From positions 452,124-516,123 of the forward strand of contig JAKIWV010000001.1 of NCBI GenBank assembly GCA_022749815.1: DNA of 64,000 nt, in the 5' to 3' direction. Every line of letters starts with the position of its first letter. Positions within the stretch are counted from its first letter, which is position 1. This document shows positions 1 through 9,573 of the stretch, in pieces. Source of the DNA: Thermoplasmata archaeon. Its GTDB lineage: Archaea > Thermoplasmatota > Thermoplasmata > Lutacidiplasmatales > UBA184. The notes beneath the pieces were generated by a model that did no database searches, had not been told where the DNA came from, and worked only from the letters and a program-made list of their open reading frames with translations. The position numbers and the translations under genes were made by a program.

Positions 1-350
1 CCCCAGAACATATCGGTGGGGGCGGAGAGGGAGGTCGCTCCCGCGGCCACGGCCCGCCGGTACGCCGCGTCCACGTCCGGCACGTAGAGCCAGATGGCGC
101 TGGCAGTGCCACCGAGGGTTTTGGGCGAACGGGGGCCCATATCCGGAAACTCGTCGGCGAGCATGAACATCGAGTCTCCCACTTGGAACTCCGCGTGCAT
201 GATCTTGCCTCCCGGTCCGGCAGAGCGCATTTTCTCTCGCCCGCCCAACGCCTTCGCGTAGAATTCGAGCGCTCGCGGAGCGTTGTCGACGATCAGCGCA
301 GGGGTCGCCGTATGGTATCCATCGGGTATTGGTTTCACGGGAGGTGCCAT
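1..350 (-). CDS. VOC/glyoxalase-family protein (PhnB/YaeR-like), partial: C-terminus lies beyond the window start
   Basis: Reverse-strand translation from ATG (complement of 348-350) gives MAPPVKPIPDGYHTATPALIVDNAPRALEFYAKALGGREKMRSAGPGGKIMHAEFQVGDSMFMLADEFPDMGP..., typical of PhnB-like VOC proteins. Absent from the ORF track because no stop codon falls inside the window. Confidence 0.6.
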   Translation of the reverse strand, partial: MAPPVKPIPDGYHTATPALIVDNAPRALEFYAKALGGREKMRSAGPGGKIMHAEFQVGDSMFMLADEFPDMGPRSPKTLGGTASAIWLYVPDVDAAYRRAVAAGATSLSAPTDMFW

Positions 351-505
351 GGCCTCGCTCACATCGCGGGGCCCTTTTCAAGTGTTTCGACCCTGGCCGC
401 CGAATCTCCTCCGACTGGGGGTGGAACGGGCGCTCGGGAGGGAGCCGGGTTCGTGGCGAGGATCTCCCCGGAGGAAGAGATCGGAAAGGGTTGGACGGGT
501 CCCGC

Positions 506-1618
506 CTACGGTTTCAGGATGACCTTGATGATGCCGCCGAGTCGCTTGTCGAACTGCTCGTAGAGCTTGGGCGCGTTCTCGAGCGGTTCCCGGTGGGTCA
601 CGACGATCGAGGGGTCGACGCGGCCGTTCTCGATGGCGCGCATCAAGTACCGGTTGTAGTTCTTCACGTTGCATTGGCCCATCCGGAACCCGAGCTCGCG
701 GGTGAACGCGGCTCCCAACGGGAAGCTGACGCGTCCCTCCTTGTCCTGGGGCGTCGGGGCGAACAGGCCCGGCATCCCGATGATCGCGCCCTTCTTGGCG
801 ACCTTCATCAACGTCTCCAGCACGACGAGTGGCTTCGCCTCGACCTTGGGTCCGGGCGCGATGACGCCCTTGCCGGTCGCTTCGTAGCCGACCGCTTCCA
901 CGCAGGCATCGGCCCCCGCTTGGTCGGTATCGTCGAGGACGCGACGGACCGGGTCCTCCTTGTCGACGTTCACGGGGGTCGCGCCGATCTTCTTCGCCAT
1001 CGCGAGGCGCTCCGGTACCCGGTCGAATCCGTAGACCTTCGCCGCGCCGCGGAGGAGGGCCGCCATCTGCGCCATGAGGCCCACGGGTCCGCAGCCGCCC
1101 ACGGCGACGATGTGGCCGGGCTTCACGCCGGCGATGTCGCAGCCGAAATAGCCAGTTGGAAAGATATCTGCCAGCAGCACGGCCTGGTCATCGCGCACGC
1201 CGTCGGGGATCTGGAGGCACATCGTATCGGCGTACGGGACCCGGAGATACTCGGCCTGTCCGCCATCGAACCCCCCCAGCAACTTCGCGTAGCCGAACGC
1301 CGCCCCCGGTCCTTTCGGGTAGAACGGGTTCGCGTTGTCGCACATCGACCAGAGGCCACTGTTGCAGAATTCGCAGGCGCCGCAGCTGATGTTGAACGGA
1401 ACGACGACCCGGTCCCCCTTCTTCACGAAGTGGACCGCGCTGCCGACCTCGTCGACGACCCCGACGTTCTCGTGGCCGAGGGTCTGGCCGGGAAGGTCGG
1501 GGCTGATCAATCCGTGGAACAGGTGGAGGTCCGACCCGCAAATGCAGCTCGCCGTGATCTTGAGCACGACGTCGGTGGAGTCCTTGATCTTGGGTTTCGG
1601 CTTGTCTTCGATCGCCAA
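506..1618 (-). CDS. Zn-dependent alcohol/formaldehyde dehydrogenase (MDR superfamily, glutathione-independent FDH-like)
   Basis: 370 aa. N-terminal catalytic-zinc region ITASCICGSDLHLFHG, structural-Cys cluster FNISCGACEFC, and Rossmann motif AVGGCGPVGL. Confidence 0.85.
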   Translation of the reverse strand: MAIEDKPKPKIKDSTDVVLKITASCICGSDLHLFHGLISPDLPGQTLGHENVGVVDEVGSAVHFVKKGDRVVVPFNISCGACEFCNSGLWSMCDNANPFYPKGPGAAFGYAKLLGGFDGGQAEYLRVPYADTMCLQIPDGVRDDQAVLLADIFPTGYFGCDIAGVKPGHIVAVGGCGPVGLMAQMAALLRGAAKVYGFDRVPERLAMAKKIGATPVNVDKEDPVRRVLDDTDQAGADACVEAVGYEATGKGVIAPGPKVEAKPLVVLETLMKVAKKGAIIGMPGLFAPTPQDKEGRVSFPLGAAFTRELGFRMGQCNVKNYNRYLMRAIENGRVDPSIVVTHREPLENAPKLYEQFDKRLGGIIKVILKP

Positions 1619-1754
1619 TTGGTAGGGTCCGCGGTAGACATTCGCCTTCAGAAAATCACCCGGCCCGGAGTCCGGAACGGCCTACTTAATCGTTCGCTCG
1701 GGGTCTCTGTTCGGTGACCGGGTCTCGAGTCCCGGGGGGGGTCGCGGCCAAGGG

Positions 1755-2135
1755 TCAAAGCCGGCGAAAGCGCGCCCAGAGGGCGCCGAGCATCGCGCCC
1801 ATCCCGACGAAATACCAGGACAGGTCGGTCACACCCGCGGAAAGGAACGGCTGGTCCACCTCGTTGGCCGGATCCCACAGCAGCTCTTTGAAGAGTACGA
1901 CGAGCGCGAAGGCTGCCACGGCTCCCCTGGGTACCCGAGGGTGCTCTCGGGTGAGATCGCCGAGCCTCCCCGGGGCGAGCGCGTACGCGACGGCGACGGC
2001 GAGCGCGCCGATGACGGCGTGGTCTTCCGGGAGGATGATGGCCGGACTCAACCAGTCGACCATTGTTGGGCTCGGGCCGGGGAGTTCTGTAACATTATCA
2101 GGTCTCCCGCCACGGGGTCTTGCCGCACCGCTCAC
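1755..2135 (-). CDS. hypothetical small membrane protein
   Basis: 126 aa with 2-3 hydrophobic helices and GC-rich third codon positions. The start may be the internal Met (MVDWLS...). Confidence 0.3.
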   Translation of the reverse strand: MSGAARPRGGRPDNVTELPGPSPTMVDWLSPAIILPEDHAVIGALAVAVAYALAPGRLGDLTREHPRVPRGAVAAFALVVLFKELLWDPANEVDQPFLSAGVTDLSWYFVGMGAMLGALWARFRRL

Positions 2136-2196
2136 CGGAACTCGAGCCGGCCCGATGAGCGCTCCCCTCCGTCGAGGCGAGAGGATCCCTGCGCGG

Positions 2197-3456
2197 TCAA
2201 GCGGTGGAGCGGACCCTTCGGTTCGGGATCACCCACGCGAGGGCCGGAAGTGTGGCGATTGCGAGCACTCCGAAGCCGACCCAGGTCCAAGTGTAGCCGC
2301 TCCACACCACGCCGAGGGCGAACAGCGGAGCCGCCACGGCTTGGAATGAGACGTGGCTGGTCTCGAGGAATCCCATCGCGGCGGCGGACCCGCCTCCGTC
2401 GACCTCCCGGAAATTCGAGGGCATCGCGAAGAAGACCGGTAGGGTCGCTCCCGCGAGCAGGCCGAGGATCGCGAACTGCACGACGAGCTCTATCTGGTCG
2501 AGGAACGGGATCGCCACGGCGACGGCCCCGAAGGCGACGCCCAAGAGAGCTCCGACGACCCGTCGATCGGTTCCGCGTTCGCTGACCCAGGTGCCGAGAA
2601 GACTCCCCGGTATCGTGCCCAGGAGCGCGACCGAACCTAGGAGTCCGGCGAGGGAGATTCCCCAGTTCGGATGTACGTCATGGAGGAACGTGGAAACGAA
2701 ATCGAGACCGACCGCCGCCGCCATCGAGACCCCCGCGAAGCCTAGAGAGAGTCCCCAGACGGAGCGGGACCGGAGGACCCGCCCCACGGGTGAAGCGCCC
2801 GGCGCGGGGCGTTCCGGAGCGTCCGGGTGGTGGAGGGCGGGGAGGAATACCGCGCAGACGACGGCCGTAGCGATCGCGAGCGAGGAGACAAGACCGAAGA
2901 CGAGCGCCCAACCAAAGCTGGGGCCCCACGTGGCCCCGAGAACGAATCCTAGGGCCCCGCCGAATCCGTAGCCGGTGCTAACGAACAGCCCCAGGACGAG
3001 GGACCGGAGTCGGGGGGGGAGCAGTTCCGCTTGGAAGGCCATCGAAGGGGCGAAGAAGAGCCCCCCACCGGCCCCGGCGGCAATCCGCAATCCTGCGATC
3101 TCGACACTCGAAGTGGCCGCGATCGAAGCGAGGCCGGCCAGACCCATCACGAGCAGCCCGGTCGCGAGGGTGGTTCGGTGCCCCCACCGCATGACGGCGA
3201 GACCCGAGGGAAGCGACGTGGCCGCGTATCCGATAGGGAACCCTGCCACGACGAATCCCAACTGAGCGACGCCGACATGGAACGAGGTGCCGATGAGCGG
3301 GAGGAGAATCTCGGCGCTCGTCCACATTGTCTCGAGGATAATCACGCCGGCAAACAGCGCCACGATGGCGGTCAGACGGACGCCCGGCGGCGCGGAACGT
3401 TCTCCGGTTCGGGTCACACGGATCGTAGCGACGGACCTCCCTCCGGTACAACCCAC
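2197..3456 (-). CDS. MFS transporter
   Basis: 419 aa with about 12 predicted TM helices in a typical two-times-six pattern and Gly-rich helices. Confidence 0.75.
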   Translation of the reverse strand: MGCTGGRSVATIRVTRTGERSAPPGVRLTAIVALFAGVIILETMWTSAEILLPLIGTSFHVGVAQLGFVVAGFPIGYAATSLPSGLAVMRWGHRTTLATGLLVMGLAGLASIAATSSVEIAGLRIAAGAGGGLFFAPSMAFQAELLPPRLRSLVLGLFVSTGYGFGGALGFVLGATWGPSFGWALVFGLVSSLAIATAVVCAVFLPALHHPDAPERPAPGASPVGRVLRSRSVWGLSLGFAGVSMAAAVGLDFVSTFLHDVHPNWGISLAGLLGSVALLGTIPGSLLGTWVSERGTDRRVVGALLGVAFGAVAVAIPFLDQIELVVQFAILGLLAGATLPVFFAMPSNFREVDGGGSAAAMGFLETSHVSFQAVAAPLFALGVVWSGYTWTWVGFGVLAIATLPALAWVIPNRRVRSTA

Positions 3457-3497
3457 TCACGTCCGGGCCGTCGCCGGGTCGACCCGCATCGAAGACC

Positions 3498-4346
3498 CTA
3501 GGGCGACGGGGTGTGGGCCTCGAGCCAACGAGTCAGGTCTCCGACGACCGTCGCGTGCTCCGGTTCGTGGAGGAGGTCGTGCGAGAGGCCCGGGTAGAGC
3601 CGGAGGGTCTTGTCGGTCGAGGCGGCTCCATCCCGAAGCGCCTGGCTTCCCGCCGGGTTCGAGAGTCGGTCGGCGGTTCCGTGCAGCACGAGGAATGGAG
3701 TTGTGACCGCCGACCGGTTCAGGCGGATCCAATCCATCGTGCGGAGGAGCTCCGCCGCCGTGCGGGCCGGGGCGGGTCTCTGGTAAATGAGCGGGTCCTG
3801 GTCCATCGCGGCCACGACGGACGGATCCCGCGAAAAGTCTGCATTGGCTGTCCGGAAGACGGCGGCGCCCGGGGCGATGGTGGAGAGCAATTTGGTGAAC
3901 GCGATCGCCCCTTTCGAGACTCGTGCGTCCGGCTGGAGCGCCGGTGCGCTGAGCAGGAAGCCCGTGGCGGCAGGACGACGTTCGACGACGAATCGAGTAA
4001 CGATGGCTCCCCCCATACTGTGCCCGAAGAGGAACCACGGCGAGGCCGGGAACTCCTGTCGAAGCATCGCGAGCACCCGGTTCAGGTCGTCAATGTACTC
4101 GTCGAATCGGCGTACCCAGGCCCGGCGACCTTCCGAGCGTCCGTGGCCGCGGAGGTCGAAGGAGGCCACCGCGAAGCCGCGTGCGGTGAGATCCTCGGCC
4201 ACGCTCGCGTAGCGCTCGCTGTGGTCCTTGAGCCCATGGACGATCAGCACCACCGCCTTCGGAGCTCCATCGGGCCGCCAGACCTGCCAGTAGAGCCGGG
4301 TGCCATCGGCCGCCGGGAACATCCCTTCCTCGTGTTCTGCACCCAT
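3498..4346 (-). CDS. alpha/beta hydrolase (lysophospholipase / monoacylglycerol lipase-like)
   Basis: HGLKDHSERY..., nucleophile elbow GHSMGG, and C-terminal catalytic Asp/His region. The 485-aa track ORF carries a low-complexity Arg/Pro N-terminal extension. I trimmed the start to the Met of MGAEHEEGMF (complement of 4344-4346). Confidence 0.75.
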   Translation of the reverse strand: MGAEHEEGMFPAADGTRLYWQVWRPDGAPKAVVLIVHGLKDHSERYASVAEDLTARGFAVASFDLRGHGRSEGRRAWVRRFDEYIDDLNRVLAMLRQEFPASPWFLFGHSMGGAIVTRFVVERRPAATGFLLSAPALQPDARVSKGAIAFTKLLSTIAPGAAVFRTANADFSRDPSVVAAMDQDPLIYQRPAPARTAAELLRTMDWIRLNRSAVTTPFLVLHGTADRLSNPAGSQALRDGAASTDKTLRLYPGLSHDLLHEPEHATVVGDLTRWLEAHTPSP

Positions 4347-4384
4347 GGGACGCCGGGGCGGGGACCGGCGAGACATAAATGAGC

Positions 4385-5125
4385 TCACGCGAGGACGCCG
4401 AACCGGTCGAGCTTCGCTACCAACCCCTGGACGAAGTTCTCCACCTCCACCTCCTGCCCATGTTTGCGGAAGTAACGGGCGAGGGCGTCGACGCCGTGCT
4501 GGAGCGCCGCGGAGGCTTCGCTGAGGCGAATCCATGGGGAGGCCCCGAGTCGATCGACACGGACGCCGGCCGCCAGGTCGATGATCCAGGGCCGGTCCCG
4601 GTCGACGAGAATGTTGAACGGGCTCATGTCCGAGTGGACGATCCCCGCATCCGCCAGTCGTTCCACCTCTCGAAGGGTTTCGGTGGCCAGGCGAGCCGGG
4701 TCCGAGGGGACCACTTCTTGCATCCTCGGCGCGGGCCGCTCGAGCGACCCAAGAAACTCCATCGAGAGCATGTTCTCCACGCGACGACCGGGCTCCGGCA
4801 CGCGCACCCCGTTCCGCCAGGCGTAGACGAGGAGCTCGTACTCCCTCGACGCTTGGTGCCCCATCGAGTCGAGCTTGATCGGCCGCCCGCCCCGATGGCT
4901 CGTCCGATAGAAGCGGTACGACTTCACCGCGAGCCGTCGTCGGCCATCGAGGCAAAGGTACACGTCGGCCTCCTTGCCGGAGCCGATCCGCTGTAGTACC
5001 TCGGTCGCCAGACCTGCGTCGAGGATAGCGTCCGCTACGTCGCGGTACCCGGGCTCCTGGAATCCCAGGTTCCCGGTCGCGATCCGCCAGCGCACGCTCT
5101 TGTCCAGGTAGGGGTCGTTCGGCAT
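4385..5125 (-). CDS. RIO-type atypical serine/threonine protein kinase
   Basis: 246 aa. ATP-binding loop IGSGKEADVY, catalytic loop IVHSDMSPFNILV, and metal-binding IIDLAAGV are all characteristic of RIO kinases. Confidence 0.8.
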   Translation of the reverse strand: MPNDPYLDKSVRWRIATGNLGFQEPGYRDVADAILDAGLATEVLQRIGSGKEADVYLCLDGRRRLAVKSYRFYRTSHRGGRPIKLDSMGHQASREYELLVYAWRNGVRVPEPGRRVENMLSMEFLGSLERPAPRMQEVVPSDPARLATETLREVERLADAGIVHSDMSPFNILVDRDRPWIIDLAAGVRVDRLGASPWIRLSEASAALQHGVDALARYFRKHGQEVEVENFVQGLVAKLDRFGVLA

Positions 5126-5231
5126 CGATTAACGCGGTCCGAGCCCGGAGGAATCGATGGCCCTCGGAGGGCCGAACGGCGGAGAGGACCCGTGGGAAGA
5201 AACGGCGGCGCGCTAGGCGGTCCTCGGTGTC

Positions 5232-5672
5232 GTGTGGGCCACTCCGAACGTCATTCCACCGAGAACCTCCTGGCCTAGGGCCATCTTTCCCACGGCCGTC
5301 GCTCTATGTAAACCCGTCGGGACAGTGGTCGGCCCCCGACCGCCCCCGGGACCGCCGGCCAACAGAAACATCAACCACGAGAGAGTGGGGGTCGAGGGGA
5401 GCATCAAGGTGGTTCGGCCGACAACGGAGGCCTCCGCCGATGGGCGGATCCGCCAGCCCTCTTGGGGTCGGCTCGGGCTCGAGATCGTCACGGACCTGGT
5501 CGGTTGGCTCGTCGTCTTCGCGGTCCTGCAGGCGATTGGCCTCGCCGAGATCCAGAAGGTCTTCGGAACCTCCCTGTTCACGGAGCTCGTTCTCGTTTTG
5601 ATTCTCTTCTTCGCCGTCACGCTCGCCGTCCGGGTCGGGTTCACGATGCTCGCCCGGCGCACCGTCCGCTGA
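5232..5672 (+). CDS. hypothetical membrane protein; the C-terminal hydrophobic half is convincing, the start is uncertain
   Basis: Strong GC3 bias in this frame over the distal 80 codons, and two TM helices (LVGWLVVFAVLQAIGLA and LVLVLILFFAVTLAV). The overlapping minus-strand acidic ORF looks spurious. Confidence 0.3.
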   Translation: MWATPNVIPPRTSWPRAIFPTAVALCKPVGTVVGPRPPPGPPANRNINHERVGVEGSIKVVRPTTEASADGRIRQPSWGRLGLEIVTDLVGWLVVFAVLQAIGLAEIQKVFGTSLFTELVLVLILFFAVTLAVRVGFTMLARRTVR

Positions 5673-5715
5673 CGTGGTCCGACCCTCCAGCTGTGCGTTC
5701 ACACCCGCGGTTCTA

Positions 5716-6477
5716 ATGTCCGGGATGTACTCCGACCTGGCCGAGTACTACGACGCGGTGTACTCGGGCAAGAAGGATTACCGGAAGGAGTCCGACCGCA
5801 TCGTCGGGCTCGCTCGGCGGAATGGTCGGTCGGGGGGACGGGAGTGGCTGGACGTCGCCTGCGGCACCGGACAACACATTCGATACCTCTCCCCCCGGTT
5901 TCGGTGCACGGGCGTCGATGCGAGCCCCCAGATGTTGCGCATCGCTCGTCGACGGAATCCCGGGGTCCGGTTCGTGCGGGGGGACATGAGGTCATTCCGG
6001 CTCCGCCGGCAATTCGACGTGGTGTCCTGTCTGTTCAGCGCCATAGGACACGTCAACACCCTGTCGGCACTCCGCCGGACGATCGAGTGCTTCGTCCGCC
6101 ATCTGAAGCCGGGCGGCGTGGTTCTCATCGAGCCGTGGCTCACGAGGAAGACGTTCTTCGCCGGCAGAGTCCATCTCCTCACGGTAGATACGCCCGACCT
6201 CAAGATCGCGCGAGCCACCTACTCCATGGTGCACGGAAGCCAGTCCATCCTTCGGATGCACTACCTCATCGCCGAGCGGGGTCGCGGCGTTCGCCACACA
6301 GCCATCCGCGAGGTGTCCGGTCTCTTCGACCACTCGACCACTCTGAGACTCCTCCGAAACGCGGGACTTCAGGCTCGATTCCTTCGACGTGGGTTCCTGC
6401 CCGACCGGGGCCTGTTCGTCGGGGTGCGCCCGGTCGTCCCACCAAACCGGCCCGCGCCGAGCCGGTCCCGGCGCTGA
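5716..6477 (+). CDS. class I SAM-dependent methyltransferase
   Basis: Motif I WLDVACGTGQ, motif post I CTGVDASPQMLRIAR, and motif II/III FDVVSCLFSAIGH...LKPGGVVLIEPW. Start taken at MSGMYSD (5716). Confidence 0.75.
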   Translation: MSGMYSDLAEYYDAVYSGKKDYRKESDRIVGLARRNGRSGGREWLDVACGTGQHIRYLSPRFRCTGVDASPQMLRIARRRNPGVRFVRGDMRSFRLRRQFDVVSCLFSAIGHVNTLSALRRTIECFVRHLKPGGVVLIEPWLTRKTFFAGRVHLLTVDTPDLKIARATYSMVHGSQSILRMHYLIAERGRGVRHTAIREVSGLFDHSTTLRLLRNAGLQARFLRRGFLPDRGLFVGVRPVVPPNRPAPSRSRR

Positions 6478-6504
6478 CCGTTCGGGGCCCGGGCCCCGGC
6501 TGCA

Positions 6505-6828
6505 GTGGGAACTAAGAGGGTAAATGGGGGGGGCCGGGTTGCCCACCTTATGGGACTCCCCGAGCTTTTCGTTGCCGCGCTGATTACCGGCCTCTCCGCC
6601 ATCAACGCCGTCGTGCCGCTCGGCGCTTGGTCCCGGACGCGCGACCCGCGGCTCCTGCTCGTGGCGGGCGCGAACGGCTGCCTCCTTCTCGTGGGAGCCC
6701 TGTGGGCGTGGGGGCAGCTCCCCGGGGGACCCACCGAGTTCGGAACTCCGTCCTGGCCCATTCTGATCCTGGCGCTCGGCGTTGCCCTCCTGCTGCTCGG
6801 AACGGCCCTCGTGCCCCGCCGAACCTGA
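6505..6828 (+). CDS. small membrane protein (3 TM)
   Basis: 107 aa, hydrophobic throughout. Its stop overlaps the start of the next gene by a few bases. Confidence 0.45.
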   Translation: MGTKRVNGGGRVAHLMGLPELFVAALITGLSAINAVVPLGAWSRTRDPRLLLVAGANGCLLLVGALWAWGQLPGGPTEFGTPSWPILILALGVALLLLGTALVPRRT

Positions 6829-6831
6829 GCG

Positions 6832-7359
6832 ATGGAGGACGACCTCCTCGCGCTCGACACTCGACGGCGGCTCTACGCGGTCGTCCACCAGTCTCCCGGA
6901 CTCGGTAGCCGGGAGATCCAACGCCGGACGGGCATGGCCTGGGGCGAAACGACGTACCATCTGGACCGTCTGGTCACTGCGGGGCTGGTCCACCGGGAAC
7001 AGGGGGGGCACCAGGATTTCTATTTCGCGTCTACCGTTCCGCTCGGGGACCGCACCCTGCTCCGGCTCGCCCGGTCCGAGGCCAGTCGGAGGATCCTGAG
7101 CGCCCTGCTGGCCGCCTCCGAGCTGACCGTTCCGGAACTCCAGGAGCGCACCGGGATGAGTCCGGGCCGTCTGTCGATCCACCTGCGCCGGTTCCTCGAG
7201 ACCGGGCTCCTGGCGACGGGTCGCCGGGAACGGTTCCGGACCTTCACGATCGTCGACCGGGACCGCGTGGTCCGGCTGCTCATCGCCTATCGTGCCAGCT
7301 TCGCCGACGGCTGGGTCGACCGTCTTCTCGAGACCTGGTCCGAGGTGTTCCGGCCATGA
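6832..7359 (+). CDS. winged-helix transcriptional regulator with two wHTH domains (ArsR/TrmB-like, archaeal type)
   Basis: Two repeats of RR(RL)YAVV..SPGLGSREIQRRTGM....HLDRLV.AGLV / RRILSALLAASELTVPELQERTGMSPGRLSIHLRRFLETGLL. Confidence 0.65.
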   Translation: MEDDLLALDTRRRLYAVVHQSPGLGSREIQRRTGMAWGETTYHLDRLVTAGLVHREQGGHQDFYFASTVPLGDRTLLRLARSEASRRILSALLAASELTVPELQERTGMSPGRLSIHLRRFLETGLLATGRRERFRTFTIVDRDRVVRLLIAYRASFADGWVDRLLETWSEVFRP

Positions 7360-7436
7360 AGGTTTCGGGATTGGACCACTCGTTTCCGTTGCCGCACCAA
7401 AAACGAGGTGGCGAGTGCCCCCCGTGGACACCTCCG

Positions 7437-8408
7437 ATGAGGAGCGTGCCTCTCCCGAACGGGTCGCCGCGCGTCCGTCTCTCCCGGACGCTCCCGCGGG
7501 CCGGCCCGCTCCTCGTTCTCGCCGCCGTCGTTGCCGTGCTCGCCCTCACCCCCGCAGGCGCCACATGGGGCGGAAATCCCCCCCCGGTGGCGTACGGCTG
7601 GAACAACGGCTCGGTGCTCTGCGCGTTCAACGCCTCGCTCCCGTCGGTCACCGTGTCGGCCCAGGGGTCTAGCGGGACCGGGATGGGCGTCGGCCTCACC
7701 CAAATCACCGAACTCTCGCCGCAGGGCGTGGTCGTTGCTTCTGCCGTGATGGGCTCGGTCGTCTGGGACCCGAACGACACCAGTTCGACCACCGCGTTCG
7801 TAATGAGCTATGGGGAGACAGTCCCTGTGACCAGTCCAACGGCTCCGACCCCGCCGGTCGGGTCCGTCCAGGTCAACCTCAGCTACTCACTGGCCCGTAG
7901 CCCAACCAGTCTCGCGCAGGCCAACCAGGTTTCCGTCCAAGTCCTGATTCAGCACTGGCCCTGGCAGAACGTCCAAGATACGCTCGCCCTCGAAGTACCG
8001 ATCTGGTCCGCCTTCGCTACCTCGGAGCATGTGGTCGTCGGATCCGCGACTAGTCCGAGGGTCGACAGCGTTTCGTCCGCGAACGGGCAGTCGTTGGAGT
8101 ACTTCCAAGCGGCCACCTCCGCGACGACGACGGCAGGCAGCCCGGTAGCCGTCACTGCCCACACGACCGTGATGGCCGGTAAGGGGTCGACCACTCTTAC
8201 GTTCGGCACCGGTGCGGGAGGCGCCAGTTCGCTCACCTACCAGGCCACTCTGGGAATCACCCCAAGCACGCAGGTCCTCGGCGTTCCGCTCTACGACTAC
8301 GCCGCCGTAGCGGGCGGTGCCGGCCTTGTCGCGCTCGCCGTGGGGGCGGGCACGAGCCGGATCCGCCGCCGGCCGTCCGACCTGACCTTCGTGGAGGAAG
8401 ACGAATGA
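7437..8408 (+). CDS. secreted or cell-surface protein with N-terminal signal peptide and C-terminal TM anchor
   Basis: MRSVPLPNGSPRVRLSRTLPRAGPLLVLAAVVAVLALTPAGA signal. Thr/Ser/Val-rich beta-rich body with NxS/T sequons. C-terminal helix GGAGLVALAVGAG followed by RIRRR. Confidence 0.55.
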   Translation: MRSVPLPNGSPRVRLSRTLPRAGPLLVLAAVVAVLALTPAGATWGGNPPPVAYGWNNGSVLCAFNASLPSVTVSAQGSSGTGMGVGLTQITELSPQGVVVASAVMGSVVWDPNDTSSTTAFVMSYGETVPVTSPTAPTPPVGSVQVNLSYSLARSPTSLAQANQVSVQVLIQHWPWQNVQDTLALEVPIWSAFATSEHVVVGSATSPRVDSVSSANGQSLEYFQAATSATTTAGSPVAVTAHTTVMAGKGSTTLTFGTGAGGASSLTYQATLGITPSTQVLGVPLYDYAAVAGGAGLVALAVGAGTSRIRRRPSDLTFVEEDE

Positions 8409-8677
8409 ATCGCATGGAGGAACCGGTGCTGCCGAACCACCGATCGCAACGCGTCGTCTCGCTCCCCTGCGGGCACCGAGTCTACGTGATGCTCGACGCT
8501 TCGTTGATCGGACTCTCAGGTCCGGTCCTCGACCATCAGTCGAACTGCCGGGGCGAACGAACGACCACTTATGCCGCCTGGTTCGTCCCCGGCGCCTTCG
8601 CGAGGGCGGAGTCTGCGCCCATCCCGGGCCGGGCTCCCGGCGCACGGGACCCGACCCTGCAAGCGACGAACCCATGA
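8405..8677 (+). CDS. small hypothetical protein, translationally coupled between the surface protein and the cupredoxin
   Basis: The ATG overlaps the upstream stop, and its own stop overlaps the next ATG (ATGA). Confidence 0.3.
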   Translation: MNRMEEPVLPNHRSQRVVSLPCGHRVYVMLDASLIGLSGPVLDHQSNCRGERTTTYAAWFVPGAFARAESAPIPGRAPGARDPTLQATNP

Positions 8678-9453
8678 CCTCGACCACCTCCCGCGACCCG
8701 CCGGTCGCGCAGGGAACGTCCGCCGGCCCCGCTACCGTCTCCCGCACGGAGTCGCTGGATCCTGAGCGTCGATCCCATCACGCGATGCGGCGTCTCGTCG
8801 TCGGGGCGCAGCTGCGACTGCCCCGAGCGTTCGAGGGAGCCCTATTGATCTCCCTCGTGGGTCTCGTCCTGGCGGCGTTCGTATGCCCCCCGGCCGTCGC
8901 GCCCTCCCGGGGCACCGGGGTGACTCCGGCGGTGATGCCCGGACCGTCGCTCCCTGTAGCGGTGGACTATGTCAACGTCAGCACCACATCGATGTACGCG
9001 TTCGTCCCGAACCAGTTCACGGTCACGCCGGGCGCCGTGGTCCATCTCATGGTGACCCAAGAAGCGAATTTCGCGCACACGTTCCTGCTCTCCTCTGCGG
9101 TGAACTTTACCTTCCCCTCCTCGGACACGACCACCGATCTGGTGGCGTACTTCCACACCCATGTCCCGCTGGTCAACCTCACATTGGGGTCCACGGTCGG
9201 CCTGCGCGCCTATGCCAACTTCACGGCGCCGGCCGCCGGAACCTACGAGTTCGTCTGCGTGGTCGATGGCCACTTTACCTCCGGCATGACCGGGGTGATG
9301 ACCTCGGGGAGCGCCGTCGTCCCACCGCCGTACGCCCTCCCCTGGACTCTCCTCGTGGTCGCTGCCGTAGTGATCGTGGGCGCCGCGGGCGCGACCCTTG
9401 CCGTGCTGCGCCGTCGAAAGACCCCGCCGATTCCGCCCCAGGACCGGGCGTAG
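8674..9453 (+). CDS. blue copper (cupredoxin, halocyanin/plastocyanin-like) protein with signal/TM at the N-terminus and a C-terminal membrane anchor
   Basis: Type-1 copper ligand pattern H...C..H....M in YEFVCVVDGHFTSGMTGVM, with an upstream His in FAHTF/HTHVP. C-terminal helix WTLLVVAAVVIVGAAGATLAVL followed by RRRK. Confidence 0.65.
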   Translation: MTSTTSRDPPVAQGTSAGPATVSRTESLDPERRSHHAMRRLVVGAQLRLPRAFEGALLISLVGLVLAAFVCPPAVAPSRGTGVTPAVMPGPSLPVAVDYVNVSTTSMYAFVPNQFTVTPGAVVHLMVTQEANFAHTFLLSSAVNFTFPSSDTTTDLVAYFHTHVPLVNLTLGSTVGLRAYANFTAPAAGTYEFVCVVDGHFTSGMTGVMTSGSAVVPPPYALPWTLLVVAAVVIVGAAGATLAVLRRRKTPPIPPQDRA

Positions 9454-9573
9454 CCGCGGTCGCCACCCCCGTTTCGCCGGGGGGGTTCCCCGACCCCGAG
9501 TGACACCAACCTATCGTCCCCCCCGAGGGGGGACTGAGAGAGATTCAAATAGGATGGGTCTGATGCGGCCGCC

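Noticed and set aside
329-1717. 462-aa plus-strand ORF rich in Arg/Asp/Gly
   Set aside because: It is entirely antisense to the well-supported Zn-dependent dehydrogenase gene (506-1618, minus strand). It has the Arg/Gly/Pro composition typical of reverse-frame artefacts in high-GC DNA and no motifs.
4347-4955. N-terminal extension of about 200 aa on the track ORF 3498-4955
   Set aside because: This part is pure Arg/Pro/Gly low-complexity and overlaps the RIO kinase gene on the same strand. The hydrolase domain begins at MGAEHEEGMF, so the start was moved to 4346.
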